Assembly (NCBI GenBank): GCA_963557965.1 | Contig: CAUWEX010000003.1 | Span: forward strand, 16,156 to 80,155 | Direction: 5' to 3' | DNA: 64,000 bases | From: an uncultured Clostridia bacterium | Lineage (GTDB): Bacteria; Bacillota; Clostridia; TANB77; CAG-508 | Shown: positions 8,567 through 18,349 of the stretch, piece by piece | Numbering within the stretch: the stretch's first letter is position 1 | How the letters are laid out: each line of letters begins with the position of its first letter | Notes under the pieces: model-generated | What the model saw: only the letters and a program-made list of their open reading frames with translations | Told to the model about the DNA's origin: nothing | Databases searched by the model: none | Made by a program: the position numbers and the translations under genes

Positions 8567-10153
8567 ATGCAAGAGAAAAAAGGTTATGTAAGTTTCGTTC
8601 TTCATGCTCACCTACCTTTTATACATCATCCGGAAAGTGATGATTATTTAGAGGAATCCTGGCTTTACGAAGCTATTTCTGAAACTTATATTCCATTACT
8701 AACAAATTTTCAGAAATTAGTAGATGAAGGTGTTGATTTTAGAATAACAATGTCAATGACTCCTCCTCTACTTTCAATGTTAGATAACAAGTTATTACAA
8801 AGAAAATACATAAAATATTTAAAAAAATTAATTGAATTATCAAAAAAAGAAATTACAAGAACGGCTGGCGACGAACGTTTAAATAAACTTTCTCATTATT
8901 ACTTTGAACGCTATTCTAATGATTTACATTTATTTAAAGATGTTTATAATTGTAATTTAATTGAAGCTTTTAAGCATTTTCAGGATATTGGTGTGTTAGA
9001 AATTATAACATGTGGTGCTACACATGGATATTTTCCTATCTTATATGTAAATGAAAAAACTGTTAAAGCTCAAATAGCAGTCGGCGTTCAAACTTATGAA
9101 AGATATTTTGGAAAAAAACCTCGCGGAATATGGCTTCCAGAATGTGGTTATGTTCCTGAGGCTGATAAATATTTAAAAGAATTCGGAATTGACTACATAA
9201 TTACAGAATCTCATGGAATTTTATATGCTGATCCTACTCCTCTTTATGGTACATTTGCTCCTATTGTTTCTCCTGAAGGCGTTATCGCTTTTGGACGAGA
9301 TATCGAATCTTCAAGACAAGTATGGAGCTCCATAAACGGTTATCCTGGAGATTTTAATTATCGTGAATTTTATAGAGATATTGGATATGAAGCTGATTAT
9401 GATTATATAAAACCTTATATTGCTCATAACGGTGTTAGAGTTCATACAGGAATTAAATATTACAGGATTACAGGAGATACTGAATTTAAAGATTATTACA
9501 ATGTGCAATGGGCAAAAGATTCTGCAGAAAAACAAGCAGGGCATTTTTTAGACTCAAGGAATACACAGATAAACGACTTAGCTCCATATACTGAAAATCC
9601 ACCTATTATCTTATGTCCATATGATGCCGAACTTTATGGCCATTGGTGGTATGAAGGTCCCTATTGGTTATATATTCTATTCAAAAAGATTTATTATGAT
9701 GATTGTAATTTTAAACTTATTACTCCATCAGAATATATAGATAAATATCCTAATATACAAGTGTGTTCTCCTTGTCGTTCTAGCTGGGGAGCAAATGGAT
9801 ATAGTGAAGTATGGTTAAACCCTTCAAATGATTACGCTCATAGACATTTACATGTTGCAGGAGATCGAATGTGTGAATTAGCTAATCTTTACCCTAATGC
9901 CAGAGGCCTAAAGAAAAAAGCTCTAAATCAATGTGCCAGAGAACTTTTACTGGCACAAAGTAGTGATTGGTTATTTATTATAACTAACGGCACCATGGTA
10001 GATTATGCAAAAAAAAGAATTAAGGACCACATTGGTCGTTTTACAAAATTATATTATCAAATTAAAGATAATAAAATTGATGAAGAATTTTTAAAAGATA
10101 TTAGTAAAAAAGATTGTCTTTTCCCTGATATTGATTACAATATATATGGATAA
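8567..10153 (+). CDS. glycoside hydrolase family 57 enzyme (DUF1957-type 1,4-alpha-glucan branching enzyme-like)
   Basis: 528 aa. The N-terminus GYVSFVLHAHLPFIHHPE and later WLPECGY / ELYGHWWYEG blocks are typical of GH57 branching enzymes. Confidence 0.8.
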   Translation: MQEKKGYVSFVLHAHLPFIHHPESDDYLEESWLYEAISETYIPLLTNFQKLVDEGVDFRITMSMTPPLLSMLDNKLLQRKYIKYLKKLIELSKKEITRTAGDERLNKLSHYYFERYSNDLHLFKDVYNCNLIEAFKHFQDIGVLEIITCGATHGYFPILYVNEKTVKAQIAVGVQTYERYFGKKPRGIWLPECGYVPEADKYLKEFGIDYIITESHGILYADPTPLYGTFAPIVSPEGVIAFGRDIESSRQVWSSINGYPGDFNYREFYRDIGYEADYDYIKPYIAHNGVRVHTGIKYYRITGDTEFKDYYNVQWAKDSAEKQAGHFLDSRNTQINDLAPYTENPPIILCPYDAELYGHWWYEGPYWLYILFKKIYYDDCNFKLITPSEYIDKYPNIQVCSPCRSSWGANGYSEVWLNPSNDYAHRHLHVAGDRMCELANLYPNARGLKKKALNQCARELLLAQSSDWLFIITNGTMVDYAKKRIKDHIGRFTKLYYQIKDNKIDEEFLKDISKKDCLFPDIDYNIYG

Positions 10154-10159
10154 ATTATT

Positions 10160-10190
10160 AAAAGCCTTATTTTTATGAGGCTTTTATTTT
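10160..10190 (+). terminator. rho-independent terminator after the GH57 gene
   Basis: AAAGCCT-tatttttatg-AGGCTTT followed by TATTTTT. Confidence 0.6.
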
Positions 10191-10284
10191 TGGCAAACAA
10201 GTTACATTTTTATTTTATCTTCATACAATAATGTATAAGTTTCGTTTATTTAGTAGATAATATTTTTATGGAAGGGAGATTTTT

Positions 10285-11157
10285 ATGAAATCAATATGTA
10301 TAAAAACTAACAATTCTAATTTAATACAATATCTACTAAATGAGTTAAGACATATAGATTTAAATAATATCTGTTTTTCATTACAAGAATTTAAACATTA
10401 TAAAAATATAATTATTCATTATAATGGTTCCGATATATATGATTTTTTGAGACAGATTTCGTCTATTTTGTCTTTAATGGTTATTGATGAACTAGAAGAA
10501 CATTTTATAAATACAATTCTTAGTCAGAACTATTTTTATTTTGATAATACTGAGCGTAAAAAAATATTAAATTTTTGTTTTGATATTATGACAGATAACT
10601 TTTCAGTAATATTTGATAAAAAATTTAAAATACTTTATAATTCTTTTTATAATTATCTTGCTAATAATAGATCTTTATATATAAATGGCTTTATACATTT
10701 TAGACTAAAAAAATATTTTCTTTCTTTAGATAAAATAGTCGACGAAGCTGTTAATAACTTTATTATTCAAAAAGAATATCTAGAATTTATATCTCTTCTA
10801 AAATTATATATAAATTCTAGAAATCCTGCTTGCAATATTATTCATCTTATATATTCTAATACAGAAAATTTACTATTAAATGAACACAAAGAAATTATTA
10901 ATATTTCTGATAATAATTTAACTGCAAAATATCTAAGCGATATTAGCTTTTCTACAAATGATTATATTCTAAATTCTTTATTGACATTACTGCCGAAGAA
11001 AATATATATTCATTTTATAAATTCATATCCTGATGAATTTATAAATACTTTAACATCTATTTTTGAAAATAGAGTTGCTTTTTGTTCTGATTGTAATATT
11101 TGTAATTTATATAAAAATGAGATACACACCAAAACACCCGTCAATAAAAACAAGTAA
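10285..11157 (+). CDS. ytxC: YtxC-like sporulation protein
   Basis: 290 aa. INGFIHFRLKKY ... VDEAVNNFIIQKEYLEFISLLKLYI resembles the YtxC family signature from memory. Confidence 0.55.
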   Translation: MKSICIKTNNSNLIQYLLNELRHIDLNNICFSLQEFKHYKNIIIHYNGSDIYDFLRQISSILSLMVIDELEEHFINTILSQNYFYFDNTERKKILNFCFDIMTDNFSVIFDKKFKILYNSFYNYLANNRSLYINGFIHFRLKKYFLSLDKIVDEAVNNFIIQKEYLEFISLLKLYINSRNPACNIIHLIYSNTENLLLNEHKEIINISDNNLTAKYLSDISFSTNDYILNSLLTLLPKKIYIHFINSYPDEFINTLTSIFENRVAFCSDCNICNLYKNEIHTKTPVNKNK

Positions 11158-11200
11158 AAATACACCCCAATTATATTTTTTAATAATTGAGGTGTATTTT

Positions 11201-11995
11201 TTATGATAACGCATTTAAAGTTTCTTCTAAACCTGGTAGTATAGCACTTACTAATGCATCATCAGAAACAACTTTCCATTTTTTATCTATTTTTATGGCA
11301 TTTATTGTTTTTGTACTTGTTGTTGGTTTTATATCTTCATTCTTTAATTCTTCTAAAAAATACTTTTGGAAATCTTGTTCTGAAATTGGTTGTGTGTTTC
11401 CATTAGCAATAGCTTCTTTGGCTGCATTTAATGCTCTCTTTGCGTAATTATTTACAACTGTTTGGAAATCTTTATTTTTTATTTCCACTTCTATTGTTGC
11501 TTTATCATTTTCTTGAGTTACTTTTTTTATATTCCATACAAGTTTCTCGAATAACAATTTTTGTGTTTCTTCATCTAATGAAGTACTAGTTAATTCAGTA
11601 TCCTCTCCTGCTAAATATTCTTGCGCTTTTTCAAAGTTTCCAGATTTCAAATTGGTTAATAATCCATCTAAAGCTTTTTTAGGATCACTTGAAATTATAA
11701 TCATAACTGTTAATATTGCAATAACAGCAATAACTACAGCTGCTATTATCGCTGTTGGAATCCATGGCTTTTTAGATTTTGTTTTTGTTCCTTTTGCTTT
11801 TTTATTTTCTTTTTTTTGCTCTTTATTTACTTTGTCCGCTTCTTTTTTTGTTGCTTGTTGAAATTTAGGTTCCTCTTTTTTAGCTTCTGGAGCTTTCTTT
11901 GGGTCTTTTGATTTTTTTGTCTCTACCTTTTCTACTTTTACATTCTCTTTTGGTTCTAATTTTTTATCTGCTTTTTTATCCTCTTTTTTGTCCAT
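11201..11995 (-). CDS. Lys/Glu-rich single-pass membrane-anchored protein of unknown function
   Basis: 264-aa ORF. It has a highly charged N-terminal ~75 aa, one TM segment (WIPTAIIAAVVIAVIAILTVMIII), then a globular C-terminal part. Confidence 0.6.
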   Translation of the reverse strand: MDKKEDKKADKKLEPKENVKVEKVETKKSKDPKKAPEAKKEEPKFQQATKKEADKVNKEQKKENKKAKGTKTKSKKPWIPTAIIAAVVIAVIAILTVMIIISSDPKKALDGLLTNLKSGNFEKAQEYLAGEDTELTSTSLDEETQKLLFEKLVWNIKKVTQENDKATIEVEIKNKDFQTVVNNYAKRALNAAKEAIANGNTQPISEQDFQKYFLEELKNEDIKPTTSTKTINAIKIDKKWKVVSDDALVSAILPGLEETLNALS

Positions 11996-12075
11996 ACTAT
12001 CCTCTCCTTACCTTTAACATTAACTGCATTATATATTAATTACTAACTTTTTTCAATATTTTTCGACTTTTTTCT

Positions 12076-12192
12076 TTAGATTTCCTCTTTTAAAATGCAT
12101 TTGCCATAGATAAGAAAAACAAAGTTGTTTTTATTTCTAAGTTCTACTAACAATTCTTCTAGTCCTTGTCCTATTTCTTCTTTTTCTTTCAT
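12076..12192 (-). CDS. possible 38-aa small ORF between gpr and the next gene
   Basis: AAAAGGGGAAAAAGA precedes ATG. The peptide is MKEKEEIGQGLEELLVELRNKNNFVFLIYGKCILKEEI. It is below the ORF-track size cut-off and has no homology evidence. Confidence 0.2.
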   Translation of the reverse strand: MKEKEEIGQGLEELLVELRNKNNFVFLIYGKCILKEEI

Positions 12193-12246
12193 TCTTTTTC
12201 CCCTTTTTGTTACATTATATTTCTTTATTTTTAAAAAATCAATAAT

Positions 12247-13182
12247 TTATACGGCTTTATTTATTCCTCTTGATACAACTTCCTTCATATTTTCTATTAA
12301 ATCATCTATTTCCTTAGGGGTTACTATAAGGTTATAGTCTTGTGGCACTAGAGCTTCCTTTATTTCTTCGTAATTGTCATTTTCCTTCATATCATTTAGA
12401 TAGTCATTTGATTTTGCTTCATCTTGTAATTTTCCAATAAATAAGTCTAAACTTTCATTAACAAGAACTGCTGTTTCTACAACCGTAGGTATTCCTATTG
12501 CAATCACTGGTATTCCCAAAGTATTTATACTAAGTTCTTTTCTTTTGTTTCCAACCCCTGCTCCTGGCGTAATTCCTGTGTCTGATAATTGAATACTACT
12601 ACTAATTCTTTCAATACTTCTTGATGCAAGAGCATCTATTGCTATAATTAGTTTTGGTTTTATATTATCAACTATTCCTTTTAATATTTCTAAAGTTTCA
12701 ATTCCTGTCGTTCCTAATACTCCTGGTGCAATTGCACTTACCATTCTAGTTCCCTCTTCTACATATTGTGGCATATATGTCATTATATGTCTTGTAACTT
12801 CTATTTCGTTTACGACTTTTGGTCCCAAACTATCAGGTGTTACATATATATTTCCAAGTCCAACTACTAAGATTTCTTCTTGAGGCTCTACATGCTTATT
12901 TAAAATTTCTTTTAATTCTTTTGATAACACATCTGATGCTTCTTCAATTTCTTCTTCTTGAAATATTTTTAATTTTTTAATATCTATTGTTACATATTCC
13001 CCTTGTGGTTTTCCTATCGCTTTTTCTCCGTTTTCATTTGTTATTTTTACTTTTTCTAATTTTATCTTGTCGCTTATATTTTTACTTTCGCTTTCAATTC
13101 CATCAATTTGCCCTTGTATGTTATACGCCTTTTGGTATATCTCTCTTCTTTCAGATGCTAAATCTGTTCTAAAATTATACAT
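12247..13182 (-). CDS. gpr: GPR endopeptidase (spore germination protease)
   Basis: 311 aa. N-terminal FRTDLASERREI and VVGLGNIYVTPDSLGPKVV are GPR (A25) hallmarks. Confidence 0.9.
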   Translation of the reverse strand: MYNFRTDLASERREIYQKAYNIQGQIDGIESESKNISDKIKLEKVKITNENGEKAIGKPQGEYVTIDIKKLKIFQEEEIEEASDVLSKELKEILNKHVEPQEEILVVGLGNIYVTPDSLGPKVVNEIEVTRHIMTYMPQYVEEGTRMVSAIAPGVLGTTGIETLEILKGIVDNIKPKLIIAIDALASRSIERISSSIQLSDTGITPGAGVGNKRKELSINTLGIPVIAIGIPTVVETAVLVNESLDLFIGKLQDEAKSNDYLNDMKENDNYEEIKEALVPQDYNLIVTPKEIDDLIENMKEVVSRGINKAV

Positions 13183-13292
13183 AAAAATTCCTCCATTTTT
13201 CTTTATCTTTTCTTAGTTTTTATGTTTATACGTTTTTTATACAAAAATAAAGAAAATACTTTTACTTAATAAAAATATTTTCTTTATTTTAA

Positions 13293-14231
13293 TTATCTTT
13301 CTTCTTCATGCTTTTCTTTTTCTTCTACTTTTTCTATTTCCTCTTTAAATTTAATTAACTTTGCTTGAAATTCTTGTGATAAATAATTATTATTTAAGCA
13401 AGCATCTATAAATTCTTTTACTTCTTGATTTTTCTGTTCTTTTATATAAGCATTTATAATCACCTTTACTTTAGTTTCTAAGTTTTTCAAATGATTATAT
13501 ATTGTTGTTCTCGTTACTCCTAACTCTTTGGCAATATCAGTAACTTTTTTCCCCTCATTAACAAGCTTTAATATTTCTTCAGTTCTTTCGTCTCTCTCTT
13601 TTTCTTTTTGAGTCTTAGGCGGTGATATTATTTTTCCATATTTCATTAAGTTGTTAATATCACGACAAACTGTACACATACTAACTTGCATCTCTTGTGC
13701 TATTTCTCTAATTGTTTTACCTTCACTGTACAAAATCACAATTTGTTCTTGCCTTTTCTGTTTTCTTATACCACTTTCTATTTTATTTTCTTGTTTCAAT
13801 TTCTGAATGTCTTTATATATTAATTTATTGGATACTCCTATTAGGGCAGATATTGCGCTTACTGATTTCCCTTCATTATACAATCTCATTACAAGCTGTT
13901 GCCTTTCTTTCATCCTTCTTTCCCTAAATTTATTTCTAGGTTGTATTTGACCTCTTTCTGCTAGTTCTCTTATATCCTTCTTTATTGCAGTGGTTGTTAC
14001 ATTTTCTATATTTGCAATTTCTTCTAGAGATTTTCCTTCTTCATATAGCTTTTTGACTCTTCCTTGCCTAAATTCCTGTCGTGTTTTTGTTATTCTATTT
14101 TGACGTTTTAATGCACTAATATCCCTTTCTATCGCTCTATGTCCTACTCCCAATATTTGTGCTATTTCTTTGATATATTTTCCACTTTCATATAATTTTA
14201 AAACTTTTTCTCGTCTCTCATCTATTAGCAT
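13293..14231 (-). CDS. protein built from five tandem helix-turn-helix modules plus a conserved C-terminal segment
   Basis: 312 aa with five ~45-55-aa repeats of the pattern R-x3-(V/I)-x-(K/R)-LY-x-EGK-x3-EIA-x3-(G)V-x3-(I/V)-x2-DI-x2-L. Examples: LYESGKYIKEIAQILGVGHRAIERDISAL, LYEEGKSLEEIANIENVTTTAIKKDIREL, LYNEGKSVSAISALIGVSNKLIYKDIQKL, LYSEGKTIREIAQEMQVSMCTVCRDINNL, LVNEGKKVTDIAKELGVTRTTIYNHLKNL. RBS GAGGAG. Confidence 0.7.
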   Translation of the reverse strand: MLIDERREKVLKLYESGKYIKEIAQILGVGHRAIERDISALKRQNRITKTRQEFRQGRVKKLYEEGKSLEEIANIENVTTTAIKKDIRELAERGQIQPRNKFRERRMKERQQLVMRLYNEGKSVSAISALIGVSNKLIYKDIQKLKQENKIESGIRKQKRQEQIVILYSEGKTIREIAQEMQVSMCTVCRDINNLMKYGKIISPPKTQKEKERDERTEEILKLVNEGKKVTDIAKELGVTRTTIYNHLKNLETKVKVIINAYIKEQKNQEVKEFIDACLNNNYLSQEFQAKLIKFKEEIEKVEEKEKHEEER

Positions 14232-14251
14232 ATCTATCTCCTCTTATACTA

Positions 14252-15166
14252 CTATCTCTCTTTTTCATTACTTTGATTTTGTTTTTTTCTTTTATTTTTA
14301 GATTCATTTGCTGCCTCAGCTACTTCTGTCCATTTTTTAAAATCAATCAAATTTGCTTTAATTTCATTTGATAGACATTCACTTATCAAACAATCATCTA
14401 TAAATTTTTTTATTTTTTCATATTCCTTTTCTTCTATAAGTTCTTTTAATTTTTTTATAATATATGAAATTGGTAACTTTCTTCCTTCTTCAATATCTCG
14501 TTTTTCTTTCTCTGCCAAATTTTGTTTAGCCAGTTCTGCTCTTTTAGCTTTTTCCCTTTCTCTTCTTTTTTTGTTCCTTTCTTGTCTTTTTCTTTCTCGT
14601 TCTGCCTCTTCTTCCTGTTTTATACTTTGTTCTCTTTCTACTCTTTCTTGTTCTTCTTGCTTTCTTCTTAATTCTTCTATTTCCTTTGGTGTATAAATGC
14701 TAATATTCATTGCACAAAAATCTTCTCTTACTTGATCTTCTGTCATATGCATTTCTTGTGCTATCTCTAAAATGCTGTGGCCAACTTCATGATATATCTT
14801 TACCTTATCTCTTCTTAAACTTACTAGTTTTTCGGCATTTCTTTTATTTAATCTTTTTCCATTGTTTTTTTCTAATACTTGAGCAATTTTAACATTTATA
14901 GCCTCTATTCTTTGTTGTAAATTTTGATTTGACGGTATTACTTCAGGAATTCCTTTTATAATTTCTACGTTTTCTAATTTTCCTTCATCTCTTAGCTCTG
15001 CAATATATGCTCTTACTGTCGATACATCTACTTCTAATATAAGAGCTATTTCATTTACACCAATTCCTTTATTTAATAGGTCCCCCGTTTTATCTTTTCT
15101 TCTCCTTTTTTGTGTATCACTATTAATTTTAATTTCGTTACCATTTTTATCATAAAACTTATTCAT
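14252..15166 (-). CDS. paralogue of the multi-HTH protein (two HTH modules, charged coiled-coil, shared C-terminal segment)
   Basis: 304 aa. HTH-like modules GVNEIALILEVDVSTVRAYIAELRDEG and SILEIAQEMHMTEDQVREDF, then an E/K/R-rich stretch. The C-terminal IKKFIDDCLISECLSNEIKANLIDFKKW aligns with VKEFIDACLNNNYLSQEFQAKLIKFKEE of the neighbour. Confidence 0.7.
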   Translation of the reverse strand: MNKFYDKNGNEIKINSDTQKRRRKDKTGDLLNKGIGVNEIALILEVDVSTVRAYIAELRDEGKLENVEIIKGIPEVIPSNQNLQQRIEAINVKIAQVLEKNNGKRLNKRNAEKLVSLRRDKVKIYHEVGHSILEIAQEMHMTEDQVREDFCAMNISIYTPKEIEELRRKQEEQERVEREQSIKQEEEAERERKRQERNKKRREREKAKRAELAKQNLAEKEKRDIEEGRKLPISYIIKKLKELIEEKEYEKIKKFIDDCLISECLSNEIKANLIDFKKWTEVAEAANESKNKRKKQNQSNEKER

Positions 15167-15317
15167 ATATAATTTCCTCCCTCAAAACACTTAACATAAT
15201 TATTTTACCACTTTTTTGATATTTTTTCAATCTTTTACATTGAATTTATCCTTTTTACCAATATAATTAGCTTATATTTCTCTATTTTTATTATCAATTT
15301 GAATTTTCTACTATGAG

Positions 15318-15347
15318 AAAAAAGAACAATGTTTATTGTTCTTTTTT
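15318..15347. terminator. bidirectional-looking terminator downstream of uvrA
   Basis: AAAAAAGAACAA-tgttta-TTGTTCTTTTTT. Confidence 0.6.
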
Positions 15348-15356
15348 CAGTATTAT

Positions 15357-18189
15357 TTAATTATTTAAATATTTTTTCAAGAATTTTCCTGTATAGCTTT
15401 GTTCATTTTTACAAATTTGCTCTGGTGTACCAACAGCTACAATTTGTCCTCCATTATCTCCACCTTCTGGACCTAAATCTATAATATGATCGCATGTTTT
15501 TATTAAATCCAAGTTATGTTCTATAACAATTATTGTATTTCCTGTATCCACTAGTCTTTGTAATATATCTACTAATTTGTGAACATCTGCTATATGAAGT
15601 CCAGTCGTTGGTTCATCTAGAATATATAAAGTTTTTCCAGTTGCCCTTTTTGATAATTCTGTTGCAAGTTTAACTCTTTGTGCTTCTCCTCCTGATAATG
15701 TTGTTGATGGTTGACCGAAGCTTAATATACCCTAAACCTACATCATATAATGTTTGAATTTTTTGCTTAATCTTAGGAATTTTATCAAAAAACTGTAGTG
15801 CTTCTTCAACTGTCATATCTAATACATCTGCTATAGTTTTACCTTTATAATGAACTTCTAAAGTCTCTCTGTTATATCTTTTTCCTTTGCATACTTCACA
15901 AGGTACATATATATCTGGTAAAAAGTGCATTTCTATTTTATGAACTCCATCCCCATTGCAACTTTCACATCTTCCTCCAGCCACATTAAAACTAAATCTA
16001 CCTTTTGCATAGCCTCGTAATTTTGCTTCTTCTGTTGCCGCAAAAATATCTCTTATAAAGTCAAACACTCCTGTATATGTCGCAGGATTAGAACGTGGCG
16101 TTCTTCCTATTGGAGATTGATCTATATTTATTATTTTATCAATATTTTGCAATCCTTTTACGGCCTTACACTTTCCTGGCTTTTCATTTGCCCCATTTAA
16201 TTCTTTTGCTATAGTTTTATATAAAACTTCATTTACAAGTGTTGATTTTCCAGAGCCCGAAACTCCTGTTACACAATTAAATAATCCTAATGGAAATTTA
16301 ACAGATACATTTTTTAAATTGTTTTCTGTTGCTCCTTGTACCTCTATAATTTTTGATTTAACAGGTTTTCTCCTAGTTTTAGGCACTGGTATTTTTTTTC
16401 GACCACTTAGATATTGCCCTGTAACAGAATTCTCTACTTGTTTTACTTCTTCTGCGGTGCCTTGAGCCATAACGTTTCCTCCATGAGTTCCAGCTCCTGG
16501 TCCTATATCTATAATTTGGTCAGCTGCATACATAGTATCTTCATCATGTTCTACAACTAAAAGTGTATTTCCTAAATCTCTTAATTTTTTTAAAGTTCCT
16601 AGTAATTTATCGTTATCTCTTTGGTGAAGTCCTATACTTGGTTCGTCTAAAATATATAATACACCTGTTAGTCCAGAGCCTATCTGAGTTGCAAGACGAA
16701 TTCTTTGCGCTTCTCCTCCTGATAATGTTCCTGCATTTCTTGACAAGGTTAAATATTCTAATCCTACATCAATTAAAAATTGTAATCTTTGGTCGATTTC
16801 TTTCAATATCAATTCAGAAATCATTGCTTCTGTTTTATTTAATTCTAAGACATTTAGATATTCTTTTATATTTCTAATTGACATTTCTGTCAGTTCATTT
16901 ATATTTTTGTTTCCAACTTTTATTGATAAAATTTCTTTTTTTAATCTCGCCCCATGGCAATCAGGACAATGTGAATTTGTCATGTACATCTCATAAAAAT
17001 CTCTCATTCCTTGTGATTTTGTTTCATGGTGGCGTCTATCTAAAGTTGGCAATACTCCCTCAAATGGGGCTGTAAATTTTCTTGTTCCTGCAAATGATGA
17101 ATATTCAAAATCTATTTCTTCATCTCCTGTACCATACAAAATTTTCTCCATAAACCAACGTGGCAAATCTTTTATTTTTTTGTTTTTGATGTCTATACCA
17201 TAGTGTTTTCCTATACTTTCAAAATACATCTTTGCCATAGTATCGCCTTTTTTCATTGTGCTTGAACCAAACGCTTTTATTCCATCATATAATGTTTTAT
17301 TCTTATCTGGTACAATTAAGTCCTCATCCATTTTCATTAAATATCCAATCCCTGTACAAGTTGGACATGCACCAAATGGATTGTTAAAAGAGAACATACG
17401 TGGTGTTAATTCAGGAAAGCTAAATCCACAATCTGGGCAAGCATAATTACAACTATATAATACTGGACTTTGCCCTATAATATCAATTAAAACTAATTTA
17501 TCTGCATATTTTAGAGCTGTTTCAACAGATTCCGTTAATCTACTGACAATATCTTCTTTTATTACAAGTCTATCTACAATAAGTTCTATATTATGTTTTT
17601 TCTTTCTGTCTAGCTCTATATCATCTGAAAGTTCATACATCTCTCCATCTATTCTAACTCTAACAAAACCATCTTTTTGATAGCCTTCTAGTTGTTTTGT
17701 ATATTCTCCTTTACGTCCTCTAACCACAGGTGCTAATATCTGTATTTTAGTCCCTTCTGGAAGTGCCATAATATTATCTATAATCTGGTCTATTGACTGC
17801 TTTTCTATTTTTTTACCACAATTTGGACAATATGGAACACCTATACGAGCATATAATAAACGTATATAATCATATATTTCTGTAACTGTTCCTACCGTTG
17901 AACGTGGATTTTTAGAGGTTGTTTTTTGATCTATAGAAATCGCTGGTGATAGCCCATCAATTCGTTCCACATTAGGCTTTTCCATTAATCCTAAAAATTG
18001 CCTTGCATATGATGATAAACTTTCCACATATCTTCTTTGTCCTTCTGCATATAATGTATCAAATGCTAAACTAGATTTTCCCGAGCCTGAAAGACCTGTT
18101 ATAACAACTAATTTATCTCTTGGAATTTCTAAATTTATATTTTTTAAATTATGTTCTTTTGCACCTTTTATAATTATTTTGTCATTCAT
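15357..18189 (-). pseudogene. uvrA: excinuclease ABC subunit A with one +1 frame break; it could be a pseudogene, an assembly error or a recoding site
   Basis: The 839-aa ORF (15670-18189) is canonical UvrA up to ...[11 protein letters not shown], then reads [15 protein letters not shown]. Skipping the C of CGG at 15715-15717 restores [70 protein letters not shown]...FLKKYLNN* down to 15357. Confidence 0.9.
15715..15717 (-). other. frame-break codon in uvrA: AAG CUU CGG UCA, where the expected sequence is AAG CUU GGU CAA
   Basis: The plus strand reads ggttgaCCGaagctt. The extra base is not in a homopolymer. Confidence 0.9.
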
Positions 18190-18288
18190 ATAATAGCCTC
18201 CATAATATATAAATTATACTTTATTTATATTGTACACATATTATTATAACTTATTCTAATTATTAAAACAAGAGTTTGGTTTTATTTT

Positions 18289-18327
18289 GTAAAAAAAGTA
18301 AGCGCACCCGAATTCGAATGCACCTAC
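18289..18327 (-). terminator. rho-independent terminator after fhs
   Basis: Minus strand reads GTAGGTGCATTCG-AATTC-GGGTGCGCTTAC (G-U pairs allowed) followed by TTTTTTT. Confidence 0.6.
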
Positions 18328-18349
18328 TGGACCACTTAAAGGAATTATT

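Noticed and set aside
15357-15551. A 64-aa ORF listed as a separate gene.
   Set aside because: It is the C-terminal end of uvrA (…[31 protein letters not shown]…), read from an internal Met. It belongs to the frame-broken uvrA.
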